Position numbers and translations under genes: made by a program. This document shows, one piece after another, positions 24,543 to 36,300 of a stretch of DNA of 64,000 bases; position 1 is the first letter of the stretch, and each line of letters begins with the position of its first letter. Source of the stretch: Amphiscolops sp. MND2022 (taxonomy: Eukaryota). The DNA lies in NCBI GenBank assembly GCA_964187785.1, contig OZ076420.1, forward strand, positions 8,184,001-8,248,000, read 5' to 3'. Below the pieces are notes generated by a model that was not told where the DNA came from, searched no databases, and saw only the letters and a list, made by a program, of their open reading frames with translations.

Positions 24543-25211
24543 TTAACTACCATAACCATCAAGGAAACAATCAAATATTTTCATGAGTTCAAGCTCGAAT
24601 TTTGTTGTTCTTCTGACACGTTCAACTCTCTCGACAAAAACAGACACATTCGCCTGAACTGATGTTGATTTCTGAATTGATGTCAGCATATGCTTCTTGA
24701 ATTTCTTGCGGAGGAGTCTCTTCTTAGCAATGCTGGGCATTTTATCCACACCTTTATCTAGCTTGTTGAAAAAAACTGCTCTCTCTACTGTATCGAAAAC
24801 TTCTCCAGACAATAACACAACATTGCCGCTAAATCGGTGTTCGAATAAAGTGTAAAAACAGTCAACTCGTTGGAAATTGAAACAAAAGCGATCTAGTTTA
24901 GTGAAAAGATCATTCATATCTTTATCTGCAATCAGTAGTATATGGTATTGGCAATGTTTCAAAGAACAGAAAGTAGAATCATGGGCAGCAACGCAATAGT
25001 CACGAGTCACCAAAAAGTTGTCATAATTATCACTAGAGATAAATAGAGAATTTTCAGAGTGTCCTGCGAAAAAACTTGGTATAGCTTGTAACATGACAGC
25101 AGCCATTACTTTTCTTCCCAAATGAAAATAGTCTGAATTTTCACGATGCGGTTTTTGACAGTGTTTGAATTTATTTTTTGTTCTGTTTAATGAAAATATT
25201 TTGTAGTTCAT
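24543..25211 (-). CDS. Polinton accessory ORF, 222 aa, His/Cys cluster
   Basis: Uninterrupted ORF containing AAHDSTFCSLKHCQYHILL. Confidence 0.65.
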   Translation of the reverse strand: MNYKIFSLNRTKNKFKHCQKPHRENSDYFHLGRKVMAAVMLQAIPSFFAGHSENSLFISSDNYDNFLVTRDYCVAAHDSTFCSLKHCQYHILLIADKDMNDLFTKLDRFCFNFQRVDCFYTLFEHRFSGNVVLLSGEVFDTVERAVFFNKLDKGVDKMPSIAKKRLLRKKFKKHMLTSIQKSTSVQANVSVFVERVERVRRTTKFELELMKIFDCFLDGYGS

Positions 25212-25234
25212 CCGACCAAACTTGGTTATTTTTC

Positions 25235-25340
25235 AACCAATCAGTTCGTGACATGATAAATTGAAATTTGATTCGACTACGACAGAAAATTTTTTACTCA
25301 ATCCCTTTCCAGCAAAAATTGTTCAACTTCAACCAATCAG
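25235..25340. promoter_or_regulatory. Two CCAAT boxes in a divergent intergenic region of the Polinton
   Basis: aaccaatcag at 25235-25244 and 25331-25340, between a minus-strand gene starting at 25211 and downstream plus-strand ORFs. Confidence 0.45.
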
Positions 25341-25591
25341 AGCTTCAAATGATACGACTTTTTTGACTCGAATACGACATATTGAAACAATGGAATCGTA
25401 TCTATAAAGGGAATACTAATCAACATATTTTCCCCAAATATGGAAGGGAACACGAACGCAATAAGAAAGTACGAAAAGTGCGTTGGGAATCATTATTCGC
25501 TCTGAGAGTTGGGAAACTCTCATCAAGCTGCTCATTCTTTTCCATTTTCTTCTGAAAATATTCTTCTTGGCAAAATCTTGTTTACAACAAA

Positions 25592-26163
25592 ATGAACTAT
25601 AATATAATTGCCTCGCTTGATAAATTGACCTGTAACGACTATGTGGACTTCGGGAAAAATGAAGACCGATTTGGTAGACTTTCCTGGGCCCAAACAGAAA
25701 AAAAACGACACCAAATATATAGAAATTCAACAGAAAAGACATCAACGGTGAATTTCGCAAACATCAACAAATCAAATTGAGAGAATCAGATTTCAAACAA
25801 CTTCTGCTGCTCCGAAATCAAATTGTTGTTGCTACTGCGGATTTTGCGAAGGATGAGAAACTGCAACCCATTGTAACAGCTCCTCTATCCAAAGACTTAG
25901 ACGAACAACTCAAACATGTTCAGAAAGCCATCACAATTGTGGATAGAAGTAAACGGAAAATCATTGCAACGATGAAGAATAAAAACCTGAAAGTGCCTAT
26001 GTGCAGATTCGACTCTTCACAAGAAAAACTGAAACCGAGAAATTTCAGCAAATCGTTTTTGTTAATTACAAGCTTGATGAATTTCTGTTTTTGCTCGATG
26101 TTATTAATAATGCATCTGAACAAGCTTTATCTAACCAGAGTCTTTGTAACATTGTGTAATTGA
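25592..26163 (+). pseudogene. Polinton accessory hypothetical gene, frameshifted
   Basis: Adjoining 62-aa and 128-aa ORFs with Lys-rich composition typical of this element. Confidence 0.4.
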
Positions 26164-26327
26164 ACTTTGAATCATTGAATCATTTTCCGAACAAAAAAAG
26201 TCAAAATGAGTTGGAACATAGGAGAGAATAGAAATCTTTGCCTTAGCTTGAGAACGAAATTGGGACTTCATCATGTAATGTTGTCTTCCTCAAAAAGTCC
26301 AAAAAAATTAATCTGACAGTTGTTGAA

Positions 26328-26624
26328 ATGCACCAGTTACCTGAAGTTAAAAAAATTGCTCCCGAAGAAGAAATATCATGTTTAAAATTGGTTATATACA
26401 ATGGAAGACGAAAAATTTGCTTGTCTTTCCAAACCGATACTGATTCAATAGAAGTCACTGTGTATCGATACCGCAACAATAATTATCTGAAAGATTCAGA
26501 CATTAAGCTAAGCGTAATAGAATATGAACATTTTCTGCAGAAAAGGATTTACATTTTGAGTTACCTGGAAACTTTCTCTAAAAAGTGTATCATCTTGGAT
26601 GAAACAACAACTCATCATAGTTGA
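26328..26624 (+). CDS. Polinton accessory ORF, PC4-like candidate
   Basis: 98 aa; beta-rich RKICLSF...IEVTVYRY followed by DIKLSVIEYEHFLQKR. Confidence 0.45.
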   Translation: MHQLPEVKKIAPEEEISCLKLVIYNGRRKICLSFQTDTDSIEVTVYRYRNNNYLKDSDIKLSVIEYEHFLQKRIYILSYLETFSKKCIILDETTTHHS

Positions 26625-26641
26625 TTTTGCTTTAATTGAGA

Positions 26642-27052
26642 ATGGACGTACGCTTTCTAGTCACAGTTTTACACTTTTACTCAGCACTGAAGTATTTATT
26701 CCCTTTCAGAAGAAATACGGTGAGAAAAAACTTGTTCTTGAGTGTTTGTCACTGTTTGGACCCAATAATTAGTATGCGGGAGATGATTATTCTGTAGCCT
26801 CACGGTGGACTTATCGGGTACGGAAATTCAAACATCGACACCTTGCGTCGTTTTTCGAAAGTATTCCGTCTACATGCAATTCTACACAATGCAGCTGGTG
26901 CTGTTTATGCAGAGAATGGAAGCGGGCCGGGATACTGTTATGTGATTGGACGTGGACCCAGTTCATGTTTTTTGGGTCACATAACGGGACTCTTTTACTG
27001 TTTGTATTTGAAGATATTTGTCCCCTCTATTTTCAATCGGTTTGAATGCTGA
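26642..27052 (+). pseudogene. Phospholipase A2-like accessory gene candidate
   Basis: Reading through a frameshift gives GGLIGYGNSNID...FRLHAILHNAAG, a glycine loop followed by an H-[D/N] helix as in parvoviral-type PLA2. Confidence 0.4.
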
Positions 27053-27221
27053 CTACCATAACCTGTACTTTTCATACGTTTCTATACGATGCAGTATTTG
27101 TAAAAATTATTCATACTAATTGAAGTCTGTCGATATCTAGAATTCAAAACATTTCCAAAATTCAATAATTTCGTTGAGATTTCTAGAGTGACATTTTTCG
27201 TTTTTGCGTAATGAGAGACGG

Positions 27222-27481
27222 ATGGCTGATCAAGCAGACACTATCAACTTAGATAAAATTGTATTCAACGAAAGCAATTCAGAGCGAAGTTCCTGGGGTT
27301 GTATTGGACATTCTTGCTCGAGATCACTGATAGTTTTTTGTCCCAGTTTTTTGTGATACTCTTGGTCATTTTCGGTAGCTTCTGGAGAATACACTTAGCT
27401 ACGTCCTGTGACGAGACAACAGTTTGGGTCGGAATATTATGTAGCGCAGCAGGTATTATAGTACCCACTCCTAGACTATGA
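27222..27481 (+). pseudogene. Small two-transmembrane protein upstream of the ATPase
   Basis: SRSLIVF/LSQFFVILLVIFGSFWRI...VWVGILCSAAGIIVPTP with one frameshift; its stop overlaps the ATPase ATG. Confidence 0.65.
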
Positions 27482-28120
27482 ACAAACTCATATCCACAAA
27501 AAACCGGGTTTTCATTTCCTTAGTAGGCCCGGGAGAGTCGGGAAAATCACAACTTATATACGAATGGTTGAAAAATGATACTTTCCAATCAAACTTTGAA
27601 AGAATCATTTTCTTTTATCAACATTTCCAACCGCTTTACGAACAGATGCAGAAAAAAGTCGAAAACCTCAAATTCGTTCAAGGTGTGAACCTTCGACTTC
27701 ATTGACTCTTCGGAAAACAATGGAACAAAATATTTACTCATTTGTGATGACTCTTGCCAAGAAATTTGTGCTTCCAGAGATTTTGAAAAAATTGCTGTGG
27801 CGGGAAGACATCGTGGATTAAGTACAATTTACATAAAGCACACCTTGTTTCATAAAAGTAAACTTGGCCGTGACATCGAACTTCAAAACACACACATTGT
27901 ACTCTTCAAGTCACCAAGAGATGTTATGCAAGTAGGTAGGCTCAGTGTTCAATTAGGACTTGGCACCTCTCTGATTGATTGGTATAAAGATGCAACATCT
28001 GTTCCGTTTGGTCATTTGCTTATCGACTTATCTCCTCGGACAGATGATCGTTTAAGATATTGTACAAACAGCGGAAAAAACCTTCAAAGTTTTACATACC
28101 ACAACAATTGCAACATTTGA
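27478..28120 (+). pseudogene. A32/FtsK-like genome packaging ATPase
   Basis: Walker A GPGESGKS, Walker B LLICDDS and the motif AGRHRGLSTIYIKH; one frameshift near 27705. Confidence 0.93.
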
Positions 28121-28132
28121 GATTTTTGAACG

Positions 28133-28436
28133 ATGAGCACACAAAATCTCTCTATTCTCCAAGCATTCCAACACTTTTCCCACAAATGCAAAATACAATT
28201 CCTTTTAAACTCGCCGAAAGAATTCATCCGATTTCTCAGCAAGTGTATCGTCAATCTGTTGCATGGAAACTTACAGGAGCTAAAAAAAGAACAAGTGTTA
28301 AAGTATCGAAAACAAATTCACGCACTTTCTCTGGTAAGAACAACTTGGAAAGAAAATTGAAGGATTCTTTCATCTAAAGAAGGACTGTCGCTAATACATT
28401 TGATTTCCCCGTTTGTCATTAATCACCTATCTTGAC
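28133..28436 (+). pseudogene. Conserved small basic Polinton protein
   Basis: FIRFLSKCIVNLLHGNL...YRKQIHALS...RRILSSK pattern seen in Polinton structural-module ORFs; frameshift near 28355. Confidence 0.55.
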
Positions 28437-28850
28437 ATGGAACAGTTTGCTCTTGTACCTGTTTCTATTTACAGCAGTAGAATAAAACCATCTTCTGTTG
28501 TTACAAAATCAGCACTACCTACTTATCAGGTTGAAAAAACTCCCGAGTACTAGGTCGACTCGTTGAGGAAAGTTATCAATAAAAAACTTTTTGCTAAGGC
28601 TGACCCGCTGATGGACAAACTATTATCATCACCTCGCGTTAAATTATCAAACTCTAACTTTTTGCTTTTGGATGGAAGGGATACTGGTGTTTCTTTGACA
28701 GATTTTGCGCAACGTTTGAGACGCAAGAACGCTGAGATTCCAGACATCTACTTCACTTTGCTTGATGCTGCCGATATAACGCCAAGCCTAGTTTTGAATC
28801 AAAATGCCAATGAAAAAGATAGAGGAAAGTGGGTTCCTTTCAAAATATGA
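28437..28850 (+). pseudogene. Conserved Polinton hypothetical protein between the ATPase module and the integrase
   Basis: MEQFALVP...*...SPRVKLSNSNFLLLDGRDTG...GKWVPFKI with one internal stop. Confidence 0.55.
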
Positions 28851-29739
28851 GCGACAGAAACTGCAGAGTTTATACAATAAAGGTAGCGCAGCTTATGGTT
28901 CTGTGAAAAATTTGGCGAAAGCTAGCAAAATTCCGATTTTCAAAGTTCGACAATTCCTGCATTCGAAGACGTCGTACACAAAATTTTCCCAACCCACCCG
29001 CAAATTTCGAAGAATTAAAGCTTTTGCCAGATTCAGAAACGAAATTTGGTGCATGGATTTGGCGTTTGTTGATAAGTTGGCGAGAGATAATAATGGAGTT
29101 GAATACTTGCTCGTACGGCAAGACATGTTTGACAGAACAATGGACGCACGAGGAATGAAGACGAAGGATTCGAAAGAAACTCTGAAGGCATTTTCGAAAA
29201 TGATTACGAAACGCAACCGACCTAAAAAAAATTTGGGTGGATCGAGGAACAGAGTTTGCTGTTGAATTCAAAAAATTTTGTGCTGGCGCCGGAATAGAAA
29301 TATACTCCACAATGAGCGAGACAAAAGCTGCTTTTGCGGAGCGAACGATCAGATCACTCAAGAAAATTATGTATAGATATATGGAAGATTATGGATACAA
29401 ATATATTCACAAGTTACCACAGTTTGTTACTTAAATTCGAGATTAAATCGCACTGTTGGCATCAAACCAAACAAAGTTGAAAACTCTGATTTCATGTCTG
29501 TTCTTTACGGTCAACCCCTCAGGGAGTTCAAAAAACCCAAGTTCACAACAGGTGACAAAGTTCGTATATCAAAGATTGATTTGCCTTTCAGAAAAGGTTA
29601 TAAGCCACAGTTTACAGACGAAGTGTTTCAAATCGTTGCTATTGCTAGCAGAAAACCTCCAACATACACTATAATGGTTGAACAGAATCTAATTATACGC
29701 GGAAAATTCTACGAAAAGGAACTAATGCTAGTCATTTGA
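28847..29739 (+). pseudogene. int: Retroviral-like (rve) integrase of the Polinton
   Basis: WCMDLAF (D), DRGTEF (D) and AAFAERTIR (E). C-terminal FTTGDKVRIS...FRKGY..QFTDEVF. Frameshifts at ~29230 and ~29434. Confidence 0.95.
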
Positions 29740-30520
29740 GAATGGATTCGTTTACAATAGAGTTGGTTTCGAACGCTTCATCAGAATTATTTCCTGACAA
29801 CTCTTTGAGCTCTTTCACGAATTTTCTTCCAGAGCAAGTTATTTTGGATGGTCAATGGGAGGTAGCAATATCCAAGATCTCATACCCTTCAATGTGCCAG
29901 AACGTTACCGAAGGAAAATTTCTGTTTTACGATGAAACGCTTTCAAAAACAAAAGAATTCTATTATCTTGAACCAGGGCTGTACCCTTCCATTACAGATA
30001 TTGTCGAAGCGATGAATTCACTAATTCAAGACAGAAAGAATCATAACGAGACGTGCATCAGAGTAAAGGGGTGCCGTAGAACACAACAAATTGATGTTTC
30101 CCTTGTTAATGAAGAATCTAGTTTGGTGATTAGTAGTCTCGATTTGGGCCATATCTTTGGAGGTGATGTTCGCAACGACATGGGAAATTTAATGCGTGGA
30201 AAAGGACCTCATACCCCAATGTTTGCATACGATATTGTTCGAATTCATTCGCTTATGATTTACACTGGCATTGTTGAATACAACATTGTCGGAGATACAA
30301 AAGCCCCCTTGTTGCGTTGTTTTCCTTTCATATCGAAGCTGAAGTCTGGCAATACCATCACTACTGGACAATACATGAATTATCAGACGTTCAGTAACCT
30401 ACAATTCCGTAGATTGTTGAAAATTCATTCCATAGTGTACAAATTGATTTGTGAGATACTTCAGGGAAAAAAATTCCTTTTGTTTCTGTTGGAATTACTC
30501 GACTTGTTCTCATGTTTAGA
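29736..30520 (+). CDS. Minor capsid (penton-like, single jelly roll) protein
   Basis: N-terminal FTIELVSNAS...FPDNSLSSFTNFLP...LDGQWEVAISKISYP and C-terminal VGDTKAPLLR; frameshift near 30420. Confidence 0.88.
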
Positions 30521-30562
30521 AAAGTGTCTGATATTCATTTGTGACAAAAACGACGGTCTGAA

Positions 30563-30928
30563 ATGGTTGTGTCAAGAGAAGTAGAACTTCCTTATTATAG
30601 AGGAGTGGGTAGACAACGAGGACGAGGGTTTGGAGCTCTCGCTCAAGTAATTGGGAGAACTGTAATTCCTTTCCTTAGAAAATACATTGTCCCGGCTGCT
30701 AGACGTATCGGCGCTGACATGTTAGAGTTTGCAGTACCTGAGATTGCGGATGTTGTCAGTGGTAACAAAAACATCAAATCAGCTGCCAAAAACGTAGGGC
30801 GACAAACTTTGAAAAAACAACTAGGTGGTGGTGCTAGAAAACGTTCCGCAAGCAGAATCATTCCACCCAAATCTACCAAACGAAGCAGTCGGTCACGCAA
30901 AGACATTTTTAGTAACGTTGCTATTTGA
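30563..30928 (+). CDS. Basic core-like protein upstream of the major capsid gene
   Basis: YYRGVGRQRGRGFGALAQ...QLGGGARKR; Arg/Lys-rich, with Gly motifs resembling adenain cleavage sites; intact ORF. Confidence 0.75.
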   Translation: MVVSREVELPYYRGVGRQRGRGFGALAQVIGRTVIPFLRKYIVPAARRIGADMLEFAVPEIADVVSGNKNIKSAAKNVGRQTLKKQLGGGARKRSASRIIPPKSTKRSSRSRKDIFSNVAI

Positions 30929-30944
30929 ATATAACTTCCCAAAA

Positions 30945-32298
30945 TTTTCGGTACCAACTTTTTGTAGCTGTGTCTGGTATTCTTGGAGGTAAAGTCCCAG
31001 TTGTAAATGACGTTTTATCATCTCATGAACAATAAATTTATCCTACCACGTCACTGGATGAAAACAGCATTGAGTTTGAGTTTCAAACTGACCGCAATTA
31101 TTACGTTGATTTGAGACAATCTTACTTGGCTCTCAAACTGAAACTAGTGAAAGGACGCGGGTTTGACACTTACAAAGTCAATGAAGCTAAAAAAGAACAC
31201 ATAGTTGATGATGCCATTACGGAAGATGCTGATAACGATACTACCAATGATGATGAAACAGTTCCCTTTATTAGTCATGTAAACAACATTATGCATTCCG
31301 TTTTTTCAAATGTTGAGGTTTATATTAACTATCAACAAATATAAAATTCCAATGGTCTCTACGCTCACAAAGCCTATATTTCAAACAATTTCAAGGGGGC
31401 AATCTCTGAATACAAAGGAGTTTTGCATTGCGAAGGTTATGACTTTGAAAAGAATCCTGACGAATGCCAAGAATTACCGATGGCTGAACCGTTTTTCACA
31501 AGAAGAATGAAGATGTTTATCCAACCGTATGGATTCATGTTGTACGGTAAACTTGGGATCGATTTTTTCTCAATTTCGGAATTGCTGTACCCGAACATGA
31601 AAGTTAGAATACGATTAACTGGAGCTCGATCGAATTTTTATATGATTAGTGTCAACCCTAATGTAAGTCTTGGAATTGTAGACTGTTCCCTTTATACTCG
31701 CCGTATCGCTCTAAAAGATGAATATCACAAAAAGAGAATGGAGATGCTTGCTTACGCACCCGTGGAGTACAATTACATGGAGACACTAGCAAAGACATTC
31801 ATAATACCCGCCAGACAAAATCAGTTTATTCAAGAAAACATTTCCGACAATGCACCTATCCGGCGAATCGCTATAGCAATGAATACCAACTCGGCATTTA
31901 CCGGGTCGTTCACTGAGAACCCATTTTGGTATCAACAGTTCGACTTGAGACAAATTAGAATATTGAGAGGAGGGCAACCATTTGTGGATTTTGACACGTT
32001 GGATAATTGTCGACTATACGTTACTACAATGAAAGCTATGATTTTCCAAGACGACATTCCGTCTATCCCTATTAATAATTTCAAAGACCATTACGTGCTG
32101 GTATTCGATTTAACGTCAATGCAAGATGCAACTGAACACTGTCACTACCCTGAACTGGTTGGAGAACCGTTGAGACTTGAGCTGAATTTTACATTTGCAC
32201 TTGAGCACGTTACAGAAGTTATTGTATTGGGAGAACGGATGTCATCAGTAGCAGTCGACAAGTTTGGTGTTGTTGGAAAAAATATCTCAAATGGATAA
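30945..32298 (+). pseudogene. Major capsid protein (double jelly roll)
   Basis: IEFEFQTDRNYYVDLRQSYLALKLKLVKG, NNIMHSVFSNVEV and LRLELNF; one stop and a frameshift. Confidence 0.88.
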
Positions 32299-32682
32299 CG
32301 TTGTACTTTGACAAATTATTGACCGCATTCCACTACTCAAATATCGGTACATTGGTTCCTATCCGTGTGATCTAGTTCCAACTTTACCCAAAAATACATT
32401 TGCAGTTGTCAACACACAACCCAGTCAGAAGGAGGGGAGCATAGGATTATGATTGCAAAGTTTCACAATCAACTTTTTTTCGCTGATTTACTGGCTCGCC
32501 AAAATTACAGTTTCTTGGGGACGCACTACCAGCCGCTCATTCCACAGCCGTTGCAGGTGCATCCGAGTGTCTGCGGATTCTATACAATTTGCGCAGCTTT
32601 TCATCTCTTCAAGTTCGGACAGAAAGCAATTACAGGAGTTCATGATGTTAACGTACTCTCATTTATAAGTAATTTCATGTAG
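32291..32682 (+). pseudogene. Adenain-like cysteine maturation protease
   Basis: AVVNTQP...GEH(W), FFAD and LQVHPSVCGFY give the H-D-Q-C catalytic set; early stop and a frameshift. Confidence 0.88.
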
Positions 32683-32750
32683 TTTCCCACACTTTCTACT
32701 GTAAATGTGCTATTCATAGAATGTATTTGTTCCTGTTTGTACTATCTAAT

Positions 32751-32970
32751 TTACTTTTTAAAATTTAAATGCAATCTTTTTGACAGTAGCCGCAATAAGA
32801 TACCCGCACCCGTATTAACATAGCCGCACCCGCTATATTTAGCCGCACCCGCTATAATTAGCCGCACCCGCTATAATTAGCCGCCCGCACTCGGGGCCCC
32901 TAGATTCAAACGACAAACTAGCAAACAAGAGGTGATGACCCTTCTCGGCTTTCGGAGCTATATTCTATCT
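32751..32970 (-). repeat. Right terminal inverted repeat of the Polinton
   Basis: Inverted match to 16145-16352. The outer end at 32970 (...ctatct) is inferred, because the left terminus is in the gap. Confidence 0.88.
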
Positions 32971-33116
32971 TAAAACATGAGGGTCGTCACCCCCCCTGGC
33001 TGTCTTGCTTTACTACTCATATATATACTACTCATACACATATACTACTCATGGTCATGATTAGCAACAATTTGCACCTTTTCTCGTGGGAAATCATTGG
33101 TGCAGGTCAATGACAT

Positions 33117-33325
33117 TGTGAGAGAGAGCTAAGTTAACCTCTCGGTCTTGAAAAAGACTAATTGTTGACTAAATTTTATTATATATTTGCAAACAAGAAT
33201 CGAACTAAAGTATAATAAGAAACAGATCATTTGCCACATGGTCTTAGTACAGTTCAGCAATACATTCTTGTTACCATTTACCATTCATCAGTATTTAGCA
33301 GAATAGCTACTAGTGTCCTTGAACA
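33117..33325 (+). repeat. 5' LTR (209 bp)
   Basis: TGTG...AACA, roughly 90% similar by eye to 37668-37873. Confidence 0.92.
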
Positions 33326-33337
33326 TGGCGCTGCGAG
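33326..33337 (+). promoter_or_regulatory. Primer binding site TGGCGCTGCGAG (tRNA-Ser-like)
   Basis: TGG immediately follows the LTR CA; the tRNA identity is from memory of Ser(CGA) 3' ends and is tentative. Confidence 0.6.
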
Positions 33338-36300
33338 AATCAACAGAAGCAGGCGGGAAGCCAGGAGCAGGCGGAGCATCAGCTCTAGCAGGACTGCCAG
33401 CATATTGGGATGTGCCAGAATGTCCTGCTAAAATAGAATGGGAAAATGTTGGGATTTGTTTCTGATGGCAGTAAAGGCAAAATACTCCATTTCGGTCACA
33501 GAACTAACAAGATTCCCGACACAACAACGACCACGCTAAGCAGCATTGATAAACAACCTCAACGAGGAAGCATTAGAGAGAAAAACAGTCCGTATACTAT
33601 TCCTTTCATCAGAAGCAGCAGGACAAAAATACTTAACTGATAAATTACCCTACATGAACGTAGCAACAGTACCGATGAGAGAAATCAAAGAAAACTGTGA
33701 AAATTGCTTCAAAAAACCGAAAAACTGACCTCTGAATAGATATAAATTCTTTGCAAGAAGACAGCAGCAAAATGAGACACTCAGACAGTTCTGGAACGTT
33801 CTGACCGGGCTGGCAGCAAGATGTGAATTTGGGGAACAGACAAATAGTCTAATCGAAGACGCTTTCAAACAAAGCATGAACAACAAGACAGTACAACGAC
33901 GATTGTGCACAGAGCCCAAAGAAGAACCAGAAGAAGCGCTCAAATTTGTTGTAGCATTAGAAGAACTAATCAGCCAACAGAAAAGCTTCAGTGGGGGAAA
34001 CGAAACGAAAGCAGAATCAGAGAAGCCGACACAAACAACATGAGTGAGTATAATAACAGTATAAATAATATATATAGTAACAACAATAAAATAGAAAAGA
34101 TAGAAATATCGCCAGAACTAAAAAAAATAAAACAAAAGTTTCCAAAAATTTTAAGCAGACAAGGGAAAATTGTGGGACACACGATTCGAATAGAATTCAA
34201 GGAAGGCTCCAAAGCAGCACAGCGGAAAGGAAGAAGAGTACCATTACAACTCCAAAAAGCAGTAGATGCAGAAATAAAGAATCTAATAAAAGCGAGACAC
34301 ATCGAACGTGTAGACAAAATATCAGACGAAATGTTTATACAACCGGTAGTAATAACAGTCAAAAAGGATCGAAGTGTCAAAATTGCATTGGATGCCAGAT
34401 CACTCAACGATGCCATTATGAAAAAAATACCGAATGCCAAATTTGGACAGTCTAACGGAAAAGATAAGGGAATCGTAAAAGCAAACAAGAATGTGAAGTA
34501 CATTTCACATCACCGGACATGCTATAAGCATACGGACAAACAACACTACATCCGGAAAAAGTAAAACACTGCAACTTCCAAAAAATCGGAGGCGAGACTA
34601 AAGGCACATACGCGTTCAAAACAAGATTTTATGGCCTGACAATAATGGCGCCCGAATTTCAAAAGATCATGGACAAAGTACTACATAAAAAGACACAAAC
34701 TTTTTCTTTCATAGATGACATCCTAATTGTAACAAAGGGCAGCAACGCAGATCATTTAAAAGAAGTAGAAGACACAATCAAAGCCCTGGACAACGCAGGA
34801 ATCCGAATAAAACTGGAGAAATGCAATATCGCAAAAAAAAAGAAACAGAATGGCTGGGGTTCAAATTATCCGGATAAGGAATCGAACTTATTGACGAAAA
34901 TGTACAAGCAATAACAGAAAATCTGAGACCGCAAAATTTGAAGGATTTGAGATCCTTTATGGGAGCAATCAATCAAATGATCAATTTCATACCCAACCTG
35001 GCGAACTTATGCGCACCACTGAGACCACTATTGAAACACGATGGAGAATGCGTATGAAAAAAAACATGAACAAGCATTTTGAGAAATAAAAGAAGCTATG
35101 AGGAAAATTAATGGATTGAAACACTTCAAAAAAACCTACCGTTGAGAATACTATGCGATACCAGCAAGGAAGGCTTGGGAGCCGTTTTACAGCAACAAAC
35201 AAAAGAATAAGGATGGGAAACAACACACTTCGCATCCAAATTGTTGACAGTATTCAAACAAATGTACTCCATAAATGAATTACAACTATTTGCACTATTA
35301 TGGTTGATAGAAAACTTTAGAAATTATGTATATGGAACAGATTTCGAAGTAGTTTCAGACCACAAAGCATTAATGACAGTATTAAAAGATAATAGAGCAA
35401 ATAAAACTTATAAAACTTATTCTTCTAGACTTGATCGCTCGGTAGATAGAATATTACCATTTCAGTTCAAAGTAGTACAAGCAGCTGGAAGAACAATGGG
35501 AATTGCAGACTACCTGTCACGCCACCCATCGCCGAGCAACAGTAACGAACAAAAAATTAAAGCAGAAGATTTATGAAAAATCTGCAGAAGATTTATGGAA
35601 AAGCACAAATGTTAATGAACAAACACTCAGAGAAGTAGTGGCAACAATTAAACCGGCAGAATCAAGTGACAGTGTGCAAGAAACAGACGACAAGGACAAC
35701 ATGAGCGAGCACATAAATGAAGCAGCAAATCAACCACCACTATAAGCACAAATGTGCTATTCTATCAATCAAATAGAAGTCATACAAACTCTGGGAAATC
35801 ATACGTTTGCCTCGCAATATGACGCTGATGAATTTTCACAAAAAATATAAAATTGATATAAAAAAGGCAGATACTACCAAAATCAGCCGCCTACTAACCC
35901 CATGGAGGGAAAAATTCAAAAATTTGAGCTTGGACAACAACGCATTTTATATATGGATGAGCGCCTAGTCATCCCAAAAAATCTCCGCACAATTATTATC
36001 CACTCGCTTCATTACGGTCACCCAGGGAGAGACAGCATGATGGCAACAGTGTCAAATGTCTGGTGGCCAAGGCTACACCGGGAAGTCGTATCCCTCGCAC
36101 GAACATGCAACAATGCCAGCAAACCGGTAAGAATATCAAACCTTTACTTAGAAAAAATCCAGTAGGAAATTTACCAAAATGCACTGAAGTTAGGCAAGAA
36201 ATAGCAATCGATTTTGCAGGACCATATGAAAATTCCAGAAAAGCCAAAAAGTACCTATTAGTATCAATAGACTATTTCTCAGGATGGCCAGAAGCGAAGA

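Larger units (their letters stand above)
16145..32970. mobile_element. Polinton/Maverick (virus-like DNA transposon), full gene set, inactivated
   Basis: TIRs, pPolB, A32-like ATPase, rve integrase, minor and major capsid and cysteine protease in the typical order; many stops and frameshifts. Confidence 0.96.
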
